A stretch of DNA of 64,000 nt from assembly GCA_964016885.1 (NCBI GenBank), contig OZ024752.1, positions 18,538,001-18,602,000 on the forward strand, written 5' to 3'. This stretch comes from Eledone cirrhosa (Eukaryota). Below the pieces are notes generated by a model, which was given only the letters and a program-made list of their open reading frames with translations, was not told where the DNA came from and made no database searches. The position numbers and the translations under genes were made by a program. Shown here in pieces: positions 1 through 12,800 of the stretch. How positions within the stretch are numbered: the stretch's first letter is position 1; the number at the start of each line of letters is the position of its first letter.

Positions 1-1384
1 GGTCACTGTGGCGTAGAATGTAGGTGAAAGACTAGTTGTGTGGTCACTGTGGTGTAGAATGTAGGTGAAAGACTAGTTGTGTGGTCACTGTGATGTAGAA
101 GTAGGTGAAAGACTAGTTGTGTTGTCATTGTGGTGTAGAAGTAGGTGAAAGACTAGTTGTGTGGTCATTGTGGTGTAGAAGTAGGTGAAAGACTAGTTGT
201 GTGGTCACTGTGGTGTAGAATGTAGGTGAAAGACTAGTTGTGTGGTCACTGTGGTGTAGAATGTAGGTGAAAGACTAGTTGTGTGGTCATTGTGGTGTAG
301 AATGTAGGTGAAAGACTAGTTGTGTGGTCACTGTGGTGTAGAAGTAGGTGAAAGACTAGTTGTGTGGTCATTGTGGTGTAGAAGTAGGTGAAAGACTAGT
401 TGTGTGGTCATTGTGGTGTAGAAGTAGGTGAAAGACTAGTTGTGTGGTCATTGTGGTGCAGAAGTAGGTGAAAGACTAGTTGTGTGGTCACTGTGGTGTA
501 GAATGTAGGTGAAAGACTAGTTGTGTGGTCACTGTGGTGTAGAATGTAGGTGAAAGACTAGTTGTGTGGTCACTGTGGTGTAGAAGTAGGTAAAAGAAGT
601 TGTGTGGTCACTGTGTTGTAGAAGTAGGTGAAAGACTAGTTGTGTGGTCACTGTGGTGTAGAATGTAGGTGAAAGTCTAGTTGTGTGGTCATTGTGGCGT
701 AGAATGTAGGTGAAAGACTAGTTGTGTGGTCACTGTGGTGTAGAAGTAGGTGAAAGACTAGTTGTGTGGTCATTGTGGTGTAGAAGTAGGTGAAAGACTA
801 GTTGTGTGGTCATCGTGGTGTAGAAGTAGGTGAAAGACTAGTTGTGTGGTCACTGTGGTGTAGGATGTAGGTGAAAGACTAGTTGTGTGGTCACTGTGGT
901 GTAGATTGTAGGTGAAAGACTAGTTGTGTGGTCACTGTGGTGTAGAATGTAGGTGAAAGACTAGTTGTGTGGTCACTGTAGTGTAGAATGTAGGTGAAAG
1001 ACTAGTTGTGTGGTCACTGGGTGTAGAATGTAGGTGAAAGACTAGTTGTGTGGTCATTGTGGTGTAGAAGTAGGTGAAAGACTAGTTGTGTGGTCACTGT
1101 GGTGTAGAATGTAGGTGAAAGGCTAGTTGTGTGGTCATTGTGGCGTAGAATGTAGGTGAAAGACTAGTTGTGTGGTCACTGTAGTGTAGAATGTAGGTGA
1201 AAGACTAGTTGTGTGGTCACTGTGGTGTAGAAGTAGGTGAAAGACTAGTTGTGTGGTCACTGTGGTGTAGAATGTAGGTGAAAGACTAGTTGTGTGGTCA
1301 CTGTGGTGTAGAATGTAGGTGAAAGACTAGCTGTGTGGTCACTGTGGTGTAGAAGCAGGTGAAAGACTAGTTGTGTGGTCACTG

Positions 1385-2360
1385 TGGTGTAGAATGTAGG
1401 TGAAAGACTAGTTATGTGGTCATTGTGGTGTAGAATGTAGGTGAAAGACTAGTTGTGTGGTCACTGTGGTGTCGAAGTCGGTGAAAGACTAGTTGTGTGG
1501 TCATTGTGGTGTAGAAGTAGGTAAAAGACTAGTTGTGTGGTCACTGTGGCGTAGAATGTAGGTGAAAGACTAGTTGTGTTGTCACTGTGGTGTAGAATGT
1601 AGGTGAAAGACTAGTTGTGTGGTCACTGTGGTGTAGAAGTAGGTGAAAGACTAGTTGTGTGGTCATTGTGATGTAGAAGTAGGTGAAAGACTAGTTCTGT
1701 GGTCATTGTTGTGTAGAAGTAGGTGAAAGACTAGTTGTGTGGTCATTGTGGTGTAGAAGTAGGTGAAAGACTAGTTTTGTGGTCACTGTGTCATAGAATG
1801 TAGGTGAAAGACTAGTTGTGTGGTCACTGTGGCGTAGAATGTAGGTGAAAGACTAGTTGTGTGGTCACTGTGGTGTAGAATGTAGGTGAAAGACTAGTTA
1901 TGTGGTCATTGTGGTGTAGAATGTAGGTGAAAGACTAGTTGTGTGGTCACTGTGGTGTCGAAGTCGGTGAAAGACTAGTTGTGTGGTCATTGTGGTGTAG
2001 AAGTAGGTAAAAGACTAGTTGTGTGGTCACTGTGGCGTAGAATGTAGGTGAAAGACTAGTTGTGTTGTCACTGTGGTGTAGAATGTAGGTGAAAGACTAG
2101 TTGTGTGGTCACTGTGGTGTAGAAGTAGGTGAAAGACTAGTTGTGTGGTCATTGTGATGTAGAAGTAGGTGAAAGACTAGTTGTGTGGTCATTGTTGTGT
2201 AGAAGTAGGTGAAAGACTAGTTGTGTGGTCATTGTGGTGTAGAAGTAGGTGAAAGACTAGTTTTGTGGTCACTGTGTCATAGAATGTAGGTGAAAGACTA
2301 GTTGTGTGGTCACTGTGGCGTAGAATGTAGGTGAAAGACTAGTTGTGTGGTCACTGTGGT
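1385..2360 (+). repeat. 486-bp (12-monomer) tandem duplication nested in the left HOR; also at about 6615-7590 and 11070-12045
   Basis: The gttatg marker pairs 1411/1897, 6640/7126 and 11097/11583 are all exactly 486 apart. Each is followed by tcgaagtcgg, ggtaaaagac, gttgtc, tgatg, ttgttgtg and ttttgtg...gtcatag in the same order. Confidence 0.9.
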
Positions 2361-2471
2361 GTAGAATGTAGGTGAAAGACTAGTTGTGTGGTCATTGTGG
2401 TGTAGAAGTAGGTGAAAGACTAGTTGTGTGGTCACTGTGGTGTAGAAGTAGGTGAAAGACTAGTTGTGTGG

Positions 2472-3250
2472 TCACTGTGGTGTAGAATGTAGGTGAAAGA
2501 CTAGTTGTGTGGTCATTGTAGTGTAGAATGTAGGTGAAAGACTAGTTGTGTGGTCACTGTGGTGTAGAAGTAGGTGAAAGACTAGTTGTGTGGTCATTGT
2601 GGTGTAGAATGTAGGTGAAAGACTAGTCGTGTGGTCACTGTGGTGTAGAAGTAGGTGAAAGACTAGTTGTGTGGTCATTGTGGTGTAGAATGTAGGTGAA
2701 AGACTAGTTGTGTGGTCACTGTGGTGTAGAAGTAGGTGAAAGACGTTGTGTGGTCACTGGTGTAGAAGTAGGTGAAAGACTAGTTGTGTGGTCACTGTGG
2801 TGTAGAAGTAGGTGAAAGACTAGTTGTGTGGTCACTGTGGTGTAGAATGTAGGTGAAAGACTAGTTGTGTGGTCACTGTGGTGTAGAAGTAGGTGAAAGA
2901 CTAGTTGTGTGGTCACTGTGGTGTAGAATGTAGGTGAAAGGCTAGTTGTGTGGTCATTGTGGTTTATGTGAGTAGGTGAAAGACTAGTTGTGTGGTCACT
3001 GTGGTGTAGAAGTAGGTGAAAGACTAGTTGTGTGGTCACTGTGGTGTAGAATGTAGGTGAAAGGCTAGTTGTGTGGTCATTGTGGTTTATGTGAGTAGGT
3101 GAAAGACTAGTTGTGTGGTCACTGTGGTGTAGAAGTAGGTGAAAGACTAGTTGTGTGGTCACTGTGGTGTAGAATGTAGGTGAAAGACTAGTTGTGTGGT
3201 CACTGTGGTGTAGAATGTAGGTGAAAGACTAGTTGTGTGCTCATTGTGGT
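2472..3250 (+). repeat. Diagnostic variant cassette (attgtagtg / agtcgtg / gacgtt + cactggtg double 2-bp deletion / 42-bp gtttatgtgag monomer(s) / gctcatt), first of 17 copies
   Basis: Copies are tracked by the 148/107-aa ORF left coordinates: 2716, 7945, 12402, 16051, 19417, 22335, 25580, 26874, 31989, 37632, 41079, 43595, 47083, 49353, 51869, 55357, 59979. A partial copy is at about 63980. Confidence 0.92.
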
Positions 3251-5188
3251 GTAGAAGTAGGTGAAAGAGTAGTTGTGTGGTCATTGTGGTGTAGAAGTAG
3301 GTGAAAGACTAGTTGTGTGGTCACTATGGCATAGAATGTAGGTGAAAGACTAGTTGTGTGGTCACTGTGGTGTAGAATGTAGGTGAAAGGCTAGTTGTGT
3401 GGTCATTGTGGTTTATGTGAGTAGGTGAAAGACTAGTTGTGTGGTCACTGTGGTGTAGAAGTAGGTGAAAGACTAGTTGTGTGGTCACTGTGGTGTAGAA
3501 TGTAGGTGAAAGGCTAGTTGTGTGGTCATTGTGGTTTATGTGAGTAGGTGAAAGACTAGTTGTGTGGTCACTGTGGTGTAGAAGTAGGTGAAAGACTAGT
3601 TGTGTGGTCACTGTGGTGTAGAATGTAGGTGAAAGGCTAGTTGTGTGCTCATTGTGGTGTAGAATGTAGGTGAAAGACTAGTTGTGTGGTCACTGTGGTG
3701 TAGAAGTAGGTGAAAGACTAGTTGTGTGGTCACTGTGGTGTAGAATGTAGGTGAAAGACTAGTTGTGTGGTCATTGTGGCGTAGAATGTAGGTGAAAGAC
3801 TAGTTGTGTGGTCACTGTGGTGTAGAATGTAGGTGAAAGGCTAGTTGTGTGGTCATTGTGGCGTAGAATGTAGGTGAAAGACTAGTTGTGTGGTCACTAT
3901 AGTGTAGAATGTAGGTGAAAGACTAGTTGTGTGGTCACTGTGGTGTAGAAGTAGGTGAAAGACTAGTTGTGTGGTCACTGTGGTGTAGAATGTAGGTGAA
4001 AGACTAGTTGTGTGGTCACTGTGGTGTAGAATGTAGGTGAAAGACTAGTTGTGTGGTCACTGTGGTATAGAAGTAGGTGAAAGACTTGTTGTGTCGTCAC
4101 TGTGGTGTAGAATGTAGGTGAAAGACTAGTTGTGTGGTCATTGTGGTGTAGAATGTAGGTGAAAGACTAGTTGTGTGGTCACTGTGGTGTAGAAGTAGGT
4201 GAAAGACTAGTTGTGTGGTCATTGTGGTGTAGAAATAGGTGAAAGACTAGTTTTGTGGTCACTGTGTCGTAGAATGTAGGTGAAAGACTAGTTGTGTGGT
4301 CACTGTGGTGTAGAAGTAGGTGAAAGAGTAGTTGTGTGGTCATTGTGGTGTAGAAGTAGGTGAAAGACTAGTTGTGTGGTCACTATGGCATAGAATGTAG
4401 GTGAAAGACTAGTTGTGTGGTCACTGTGGTGTAGAATGTAGGTGAAAGGCTAGTTGTGTGGTCATTGTGGCGTAGAATGTAGGTGAAAGACTAGTTGTGT
4501 GGTCACTGTAGTGTAGAATGTAGGTGAAAGAATAGTTGTGTGGTCATTGTGGTGTAGAAGTAGGTGAAAGACTAGTTGTGTGGTCACTGTGGTGTAGAAG
4601 TAGGTGAAAGACTAGTTGTGTGGTCACTGTGGTGTAGAAGTAGGTGAAAGACTAGTTGTGTGGTCATTGTGGTGTAGAAGTAGGTGAAAGACTAGGTGTG
4701 TGGTCACTGTGGTGTAGAATGTAGGTGAAAGACTAGTTGTGTGGTCACTGTGGTGTAGAATGTAGGTGAAAGACTAGTTGTGTGGTCACTGGGTGTAGAA
4801 TGTAGGTGAAAGACTAGTTGTGTGGTCATTGTGGTGTAGAAGTAGGTGAAAGACTAGTTGTGTGGTCACTGTGGTGTAGAATGTAGGTGAAAGGCTAGTT
4901 GTGTGGTCATTGTGGCGTAGAATGTAGGTGAAAGACTAGTTGTGTGGTCACTGTAGTGTAGAATGTAGGTGAAAGACTAGTTGTGTGGTCACTGTGGTGT
5001 AGAAGTAGGTGAAAGACTAGTTGTGTGGTCACTGTGGTGTAGAATGTAGGTGAAAGACTAGTTGTGTGGTCATTGTGGTGTAGAATGTAGGTGAAAGACT
5101 AGTTGTGTGGTCACTGTGGTGTAGAAGTAGGTGAAAGACTAGTTGTGTGGTCATTGTGGTGTAGAAGTAGGTGAAAGACTAGTTGTGT

Positions 5189-8100
5189 GGTCACTGTGGC
5201 GTAGAATGTAGGTGAAAGACTAGTTGTGTGGTCACTGTGGTGTAGAATGTAGGTGAAAGACTAGTTGTGTGGTCACTGTGATGTAGAAGTAGGTGAAAGA
5301 CTAGTTGTGTTGTCATTGTGGTGTAGAAGTAGGTGAAAGACTAGTTGTGTGGTCATTGTGGTGTAGAAGTAGGTGAAAGACTAGTTGTGTGGTCACTGTG
5401 GTGTAGAATGTAGGTGAAAGACTAGTTGTGTGGTCACTGTGGTGTAGAATGTAGGTGAAAGACTAGTTGTGTGGTCATTGTGGTGTAGAATGTAGGTGAA
5501 AGACTAGTTGTGTGGTCACTGTGGTGTAGAAGTAGGTGAAAGACTAGTTGTGTGGTCATTGTGGTGTAGAAGTAGGTGAAAGACTAGTTGTGTGGTCATT
5601 GTGGTGTAGAAGTAGGTGAAAGACTAGTTGTGTGGTCATTGTGGTGCAGAAGTAGGTGAAAGACTAGTTGTGTGGTCACTGTGGTGTAGAATGTAGGTGA
5701 AAGACTAGTTGTGTGGTCACTGTGGTGTAGAATGTAGGTGAAAGACTAGTTGTGTGGTCACTGTGGTGTAGAAGTAGGTAAAAGAAGTTGTGTGGTCACT
5801 GTGTTGTAGAAGTAGGTGAAAGACTAGTTGTGTGGTCACTGTGGTGTAGAATGTAGGTGAAAGTCTAGTTGTGTGGTCATTGTGGCGTAGAATGTAGGTG
5901 AAAGACTAGTTGTGTGGTCACTGTGGTGTAGAAGTAGGTGAAAGACTAGTTGTGTGGTCATTGTGGTGTAGAAGTAGGTGAAAGACTAGTTGTGTGGTCA
6001 TCGTGGTGTAGAAGTAGGTGAAAGACTAGTTGTGTGGTCACTGTGGTGTAGGATGTAGGTGAAAGACTAGTTGTGTGGTCACTGTGGTGTAGATTGTAGG
6101 TGAAAGACTAGTTGTGTGGTCACTGTGGTGTAGAATGTAGGTGAAAGACTAGTTGTGTGGTCACTGTGGTGTAGAATGTAGGTGAAAGACTAGTTGTGTG
6201 GTCACTGTGGTGTAGAATGTAGGTGAAAGACTAGTTGTGTGGTTACTGGGTGTAGAATGTAGGTGAAAGACTAGTTGTGTGGTCATTGTGGTGTAGAAGT
6301 AGGTGAAAGACTAGTTGTGTGGTCACTGTGGTGTAGAATGTAGGTGAAAGGCTAGTTGTGTGGTCATTGTGGCGTAGAATGTAGGTGAAAGACTAGTTGT
6401 GTGGTCACTGTAGTGTAGAATGTAGGTGAAAGACTAGTTGTGTGGTCACTGTGGTGTAGAAGTAGGTGAAAGACTAGTTGTGTGGTCACTGTGGTGTAGA
6501 ATGTAGGTGAAAGACTAGTTGTGTGGTCACTGTGGTGTAGAATGTAGGTGAAAGACTAGCTGTGTGGTCACTGTGGTGTAGAAGCAGGTGAAAGACTAGT
6601 TGTGTGGTCACTGTGGTGTAGAATGTAGGTGAAAGACTAGTTATGTGGTCATTGTGGTGTAGAATGTAGGTGAAAGACTAGTTGTGTGGTCACTTTGGTG
6701 TCGAAGTCGGTGAAAGACTAGTTGTGTGGTCATTGTGGTGTAGAAGTAGGTAAAAGACTAGTTGTGTGGTCACTGTGGCGTAGAATGTAGGTGAAAGACT
6801 AGTTGTGTTGTCACTGTGGTGTAGAATGTAGGTGAAAGACTAGTTGTGTGGTCACTGTGGTGTAGAAGTAGGTGAAAGACTAGTTGTGTGGTCATTGTGA
6901 TGTAGAAGTAGGTGAAAGACTAGTTCTGTGGTCATTGTTGTGTAGAAGTAGGTGAAAGACTAGTTGTGTGGTCATTGTGGTGTAGAAGTAGGTGAAAGAC
7001 TAGTTTTGTGGTCACTGTGTCATAGAATGTAGGTGAAAGACTAGTTGTGTGGTCACTGTGGCGTAGAATGTAGGTGAAAAACTAGTTGTGTGGTCACTGT
7101 GGTGTAGAATGTAGGTGAAAGACTAGTTATGTGGTCATTGTGGTGTAGAATGTAGGTGAAAGACTAGTTGTGTGGTCACTGTGGTGTCGAAGTCGGTGAA
7201 AGACTAGTTGTGTGGTCATTGTGGTGTAGAAGTAGGTAAAAGACTAGTTGTGTGGTCACTGTGGCGTAGAATGTAGGTGAAAGACTAGTTGTGTTGTCAC
7301 TGTGGTGTAGAATGTAGGTGAAAGACTAGTTGTGTGGTCACTGTGGTGTAGAAGTAGGTGAAAGACTAGTTGTGTGGTCATTGTGATGTAGAAGTAGGTG
7401 AAAGACTAGTTGTGTGGTCATTGTTGTGTAGAAGTAGGTGAAAGACTAGTTGTGTGGTCATTGTGGTGTAGAAGTAGGTGAAAGACTAGTTTTGTGGTCA
7501 CTGTGTCATAGAATGTAGGTGAAAGACTAGTTGTGTGGTCACTGTGGCGTAGAATGTAGGTGAAAGACTAGTTGTGTGGTCACTGTGGTGTAGAATGTAG
7601 GTGAAAGACTAGTTGTGTGGTCATTGTGGTGTAGAAGTAGGTGAAAGACTAGTTGTGTGGTCACTGTGGTGTAGAAGTAGGTGAAAGACTAGTTGTGTGG
7701 TCACTGTGGTGTAGAATGTAGGTGAAAGACTAGTTGTGTGGTCATTGTAGTGTAGAATGTAGGTGAAAGACTAGTTGTGTGGTCACTGTGGTGTAGAAGT
7801 AGGTGAAAGACTAGTTGTGTGGTCATTGTGGTGTAGAATGTAGGTGAAAGACTAGTCGTGTGGTCACTGTGGTGTAGAAGTAGGTGAAAGACTAGTTGTG
7901 TGGTCATTGTGGTGTAGAATGTAGGTGAAAGACTAGTTGTGTGGTCACTGTGGTGTAGAAGTAGGTGAAAGACGTTGTGTGGTCACTGGTGTAGAAGTAG
8001 GTGAAAGACTAGTTGTGTGGTCACTGTGGTGTAGAAGTAGGTGAAAGACTAGTTGTGTGGTCACTGTGGTGTAGAATGTAGGTGAAAGACTAGTTGTGTG

Positions 8101-9887
8101 GTCACTGTGGTGTAGAAGTAGGTGAAAGACTAGTTGTGTGGTCACTGTGGTGTAGAATGTAGGTGAAAGGCTAGTTGTGTGGTCATTGTGGTTTATGTGA
8201 GTAGGTGAAAGACTAGTTGTGTGGTCACTGTGGTGTAGAAGTAGGTGAAAGACTAGTTGTGTGGTCACTGTGGTGTAGAATGTAGGTGAAAGGCTAGTTG
8301 TGTGGTCATTGTGGTTTATGTGAGTAGGTGAAAGACTAGTTGTGTGGTCACTGTGGTGTAGAAGTAGGTGAAAGACTAGTTGTGTGGTCACTGTGGTGTA
8401 GAATGTAGGTGAAAGACTAGTTGTGTGGTCACTGTGGTGTAGAATGTAGGTGAAAGACTAGTTGTGTGCTCATTGTGGTGTAGAATGTAGGTGAAAGACT
8501 AGTTGTGTGGTCACTGTGGTGTAGAAGTAGGTGAAAGACTAGTTGTGTGGTCACTGTGGTGTAGAATGTAGGTGAAAGACTAGTTGTGTGGTCATTGTGG
8601 CGTAGAATGTAGGTGAAAGACTAGTTGTGTGGTCACTGTGGTGTAGAATGTAGGTGAAAGGCTAGTTGTGTGGTCATTGTGGCGTAGAATGTAGGTGAAA
8701 GACTAGTTGTGTGGTCACTGTAGTGTAGAATGTAGGTGAAAGACTAGTTGTGTGGTCACTGTGGTGTAGAAGTAGGTGAAAGACTAGTTGTGTGGTCACT
8801 GTGGTGTAGAATGTAGGTGAAAGACTAGTTGTGTGGTCATTGTGGTGTAGAATGTAGGTGAAAGACTAGTTGTGTGGTCACTGTGGTGTAGAAGTAGGTG
8901 AAAGACTAGTTGTGTGGTCATTGTGGTGTAGAAATAGGTGAAAGACTAGTTTTGTGGTCACTGTGTCGTAGAATGTAGGTGAAAGACTAGTTGTGTGGTC
9001 ACTGTGGTGTAGAAGTAGGTGAAAGAGTAGTTGTGTGGTCATTGTGGTGTAGAAGTAGGTGAAAGACTAGTTGTGTGGTCACTATGGCATAGAATGTAGG
9101 TGAAAGACTAGTTGTGTGGTCACTGTGGTGTAGAATGTAGGTGAAAGGCTAGTTGTGTGGTCATTGTGGCGTAGAATGTAGGTGAAAGACTAGTTGTGTG
9201 GTCACTGTAGTGTAGAATGTAGGTGAAAGAATAGTTGTGTGGTCATTGTGGTGTAGAAGTAGGTGAAAGACTAGTTGTGTGGTCACTGTGGTGTAGAAGT
9301 AGGTGAAAGACTAGTTGTGTGGTCACTGTGGTGTAGAAGTAGGTGAAAGACTAGTTGTGTGGTCATTGTGGTGTAGAAGTAGGTGAAAGACTAGGTGTGT
9401 GGTCACTGTGGTGTAGAATGTAGGTGAAAGACTAGTTGTGTGGTCACTGTGGTGTAGAATGTAGGTGAAAGACTAGTTGTGTGGTCACTGGGTGTAGAAT
9501 GTAGGTGAAAGACTAGTTGTGTGGTCATTGTGGTGTAGAAGTAGGTGAAAGACTAGTTGTGTGGTCACTGTGGTGTAGAATGTAGGTGAAAGGCTAGTTG
9601 TGTGGTCATTGTGGCGTAGAATGTAGGTGAAAGACTAGTTGTGTGGTCACTGTAGTGTAGAATGTAGGTGAAAGACTAGTTGTGTGGTCACTGTGGTGTA
9701 GAAGTAGGTGAAAGACTAGTTGTGTGGTCACTGTGGTGTAGAATGTAGGTGAAAGACTAGTTGTGTGGTCATTGTGGTGTAGAATGTAGGTGAAAGACTA
9801 GTTGTGTGGTCACTGTGGTGTAGAAGTAGGTGAAAGACTAGTTGTGTGGTCATTGTGGTGTAGAAGTAGGTGAAAGACTAGTTGTGT
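5189..9887 (+). repeat. Left-domain higher-order repeat, copy 2 (about 4.7 kb)
   Basis: It has the same marker order as copy 1 (taaaagaagttg 5779, gttatg 6640/7126, ORF-track cassette 7701/7945 = 2472/2716 + 5229) and lacks the 408-bp insert seen in copy 1. Confidence 0.85.
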
Positions 9888-12800
9888 GGTCACTGTGGCG
9901 TAGAATGTAGGTGAAAGACTAGTTGTGTGGTCACTGTGGTGTAGAATGTAGGTGAAAGACTAGTTGTGTGGTCACTGTGGTGTAGAATGTAGGTGAAAGA
10001 CTAGTTGTGTGGTCACTGTGGTGTAGAATGTAGGTGAAAGACTAGTTGTGTGGTCATTGTGGTGTAGAATGTAGGTGAAAGACTAGTTGTGTGGTCACTG
10101 TGGTGTAGAAGTAGGTGAAAGACTAGTTGTGTGGTCATTGTGGTGTAGAAGTAGGTGAAAGACTAGTTGTGTGGTCATTGTGGTGTAGAAGTAGGTGAAA
10201 GACTAGTTGTGTGGTCATTGTGGTGCAGAAGTAGGTGAAAGACTAGTTGTGTGGTCACTGTGGTGTAGAATGTAGGTGAAAGACTAGTTGTGTGGTCACT
10301 GTGGTGTAGAATGTAGGTGAAAGACTAGTTGTGTGGTCACTGTGGTGTAGAAGTAGGTAAAAGAAGTTGTGTGGTCACTGTGTTGTAGAAGTAGGTGAAA
10401 GACTAGTTGTGTGGTCACTGTGGTGTAGAATGTAGGTGAAAGTCTAGTTGTGTGGTCATTGTGGCGTAGAATGTAGGTGAAAGACTAGTTGTGTGGTCAC
10501 TGTGGTGTAGAAGTAGGTGAAAGACTAGTTGTGTGGTCATTGTGGTGTAGAAGTAGGTGAAAGACTAGTTGTGTGGTCATCGTGGTGTAGAAGTAGGTGA
10601 AAGACTAGTTGTGTGGTCACTGTGGTGTAGGATGTAGGTGAAAGACTAGTTGTGTGGTCACTGTGGTGTAGATTGTAGGTGAAAGACTAGTTGTGTGGTC
10701 ACTGTGGTGTAGAATGTAGGTGAAAGACTAGTTGTGTGGTCACTGTGGTGTAGAAGTAGGTGAAAGACTAGTTGTGTGGTCACTGTGGTGTAGAATGTAG
10801 GTGAAAGGCTAGTTGTGTGGTCATTGTGGCGTAGAATGTAGGTGAAAGACTAGTTGTGTGGTCACTGTAGTGTAGAATGTAGGTGAAAGACTAGTTGTGT
10901 GGTCACTGTGGTGTAGAAGTAGGTGAAAGACTAGTTGTGTGGTCACTGTGGTGTAGAATGTAGGTGAAAGACTAGTTGTGTGGTCACTGTGGTGTAGAAT
11001 GTAGGTGAAAGACTAGCTGTGTGGTCACTGTGGTGTAGAAGCAGGTGAAAGACTAGTTGTGTGGTCACTGTGGTGTAGAATGTAGGTGAAAGACTAGTTA
11101 TGTGGTCATTGTGGTGTAGAATGTAGGTGAAAGACTAGTTGTGTGGTCACTGTGGTGTCGAAGTCGGTGAAAGACTAGTTGTGTGGTCATTGTGGTGTAG
11201 AAGTAGGTAAAAGACTAGTTGTGTGGTCACTGTGGCGTAGAATGTAGGTGAAAGACTAGTTGTGTTGTCACTGTGGTGTAGAATGTAGGTGAAAGACTAG
11301 TTGTGTGGTCACTGTGGTGTAGAAGTAGGTGAAAGACTAGTTGTGTGGTCATTGTGATGTAGAAGTAGGTGAAAGACTAGTTCTGTGGTCATTGTTGTGT
11401 AGAAGTAGGTGAAAGACTAGTTGTGTGGTCATTGTGGTGTAGAAGTAGGTGAAAGACTAGTTTTGTGGTCACTGTGTCATAGAATGTAGGTGAAAGACTA
11501 GTTGTGTGGTCACTGTGGCGTAGAATGTAGGTGAAAGACTAGTTGTGTGGTCACTGTGGTGTAGAATGTAGGTGAAAGACTAGTTATGTGGTCATTGTGG
11601 TGTAGAATGTAGGTGAAAGACTAGTTGTGTGGTCACTGTGGTGTCGAAGTCGGTGAAAGACTAGTTGTGTGGTCATTGTGGTGTAGAAGTAGGTAAAAGA
11701 CTAGTTGTGTGGTCACTGTGGCGTAGAATGTAGGTGAAAGACTAGTTGTGTTGTCACTGTGGTGTAGAATGTAGGTGAAAGACTAGTTGTGTGGTCACTG
11801 TGGTGTAGAAGTAGGTGAAAGACTAGTTGTGTGGTCATTGTGATGTAGAAGTAGGTGAAAGACTAGTTGTGTGGTCATTGTTGTGTAGAAGTAGGTGAAA
11901 GACTAGTTGTGTGGTCATTGTGGTGTAGAAGTAGGTGAAAGACTAGTTTTGTGGTCACTGTGTCATAGAATGTAGGTGAAAGACTAGTTGTGTGGTCACT
12001 GTGGCGTAGAATGTAGGTGAAAGACTAGTTGTGTGGTCACTGTGGTGTAGAATGTAGGTGAAAGACTAGTTGTGTGGTCATTGTGGTGTAGAAGTAGGTG
12101 AAAGACTAGTTGTGTGGTCACTGTGGTGTAGAAGTAGGTGAAAGACTAGTTGTGTGGTCACTGTGGTGTAGAATGTAGGTGAAAGACTAGTTGTGTGGTC
12201 ATTGTAGTGTAGAATGTAGGTGAAAGACTAGTTGTGTGGTCACTGTGGTGTAGAAGTAGGTGAAAGACTAGTTGTGTGGTCATTGTGGTGTAGAATGTAG
12301 GTGAAAGACTAGTCGTGTGGTCACTGTGGTGTAGAAGTAGGTGAAAGACTAGTTGTGTGGTCATTGTGGTGTAGAATGTAGGTGAAAGACTAGTTGTGTG
12401 GTCACTGTGGTGTAGAAGTAGGTGAAAGACGTTGTGTGGTCACTGGTGTAGAAGTAGGTGAAAGACTAGTTGTGTGGTCACTGTGGTGTAGAAGTAGGTG
12501 AAAGACTAGTTGTGTGGTCACTGTGGTGTAGAATGTAGGTGAAAGACTAGTTGTGTGGTCACTGTGGTGTAGAAGTAGGTGAAAGACTAGTTGTGTGGTC
12601 ACTGTGGTGTAGAATGTAGGTGAAAGGCTAGTTGTGTGGTCATTGTGGTTTATGTGAGTAGGTGAAAGACTAGTTGTGTGGTCACTGTGGTGTAGAAGTA
12701 GGTGAAAGACTAGTTGTGTGGTCACTGTGGTGTAGAATGTAGGTGAAAGGCTAGTTGTGTGGTCATTGTGGTTTATGTGAGTAGGTGAAAGACTAGTTGT

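Larger units (their letters stand above)
1..5188 (+). repeat. Left-domain higher-order repeat, copy 1 (about 5.2 kb; start is set by the window edge)
   Basis: An ordered set of rare variants (tgatg 91, gtgcag ~456, taaaagaagttg 591, catcg 811, ggatg ~863, gattg ~904, gttatg 1411/1897, gacgtt ~2742) recurs at offset 5188, and at 5229 after one extra 41-bp monomer. Confidence 0.85.
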
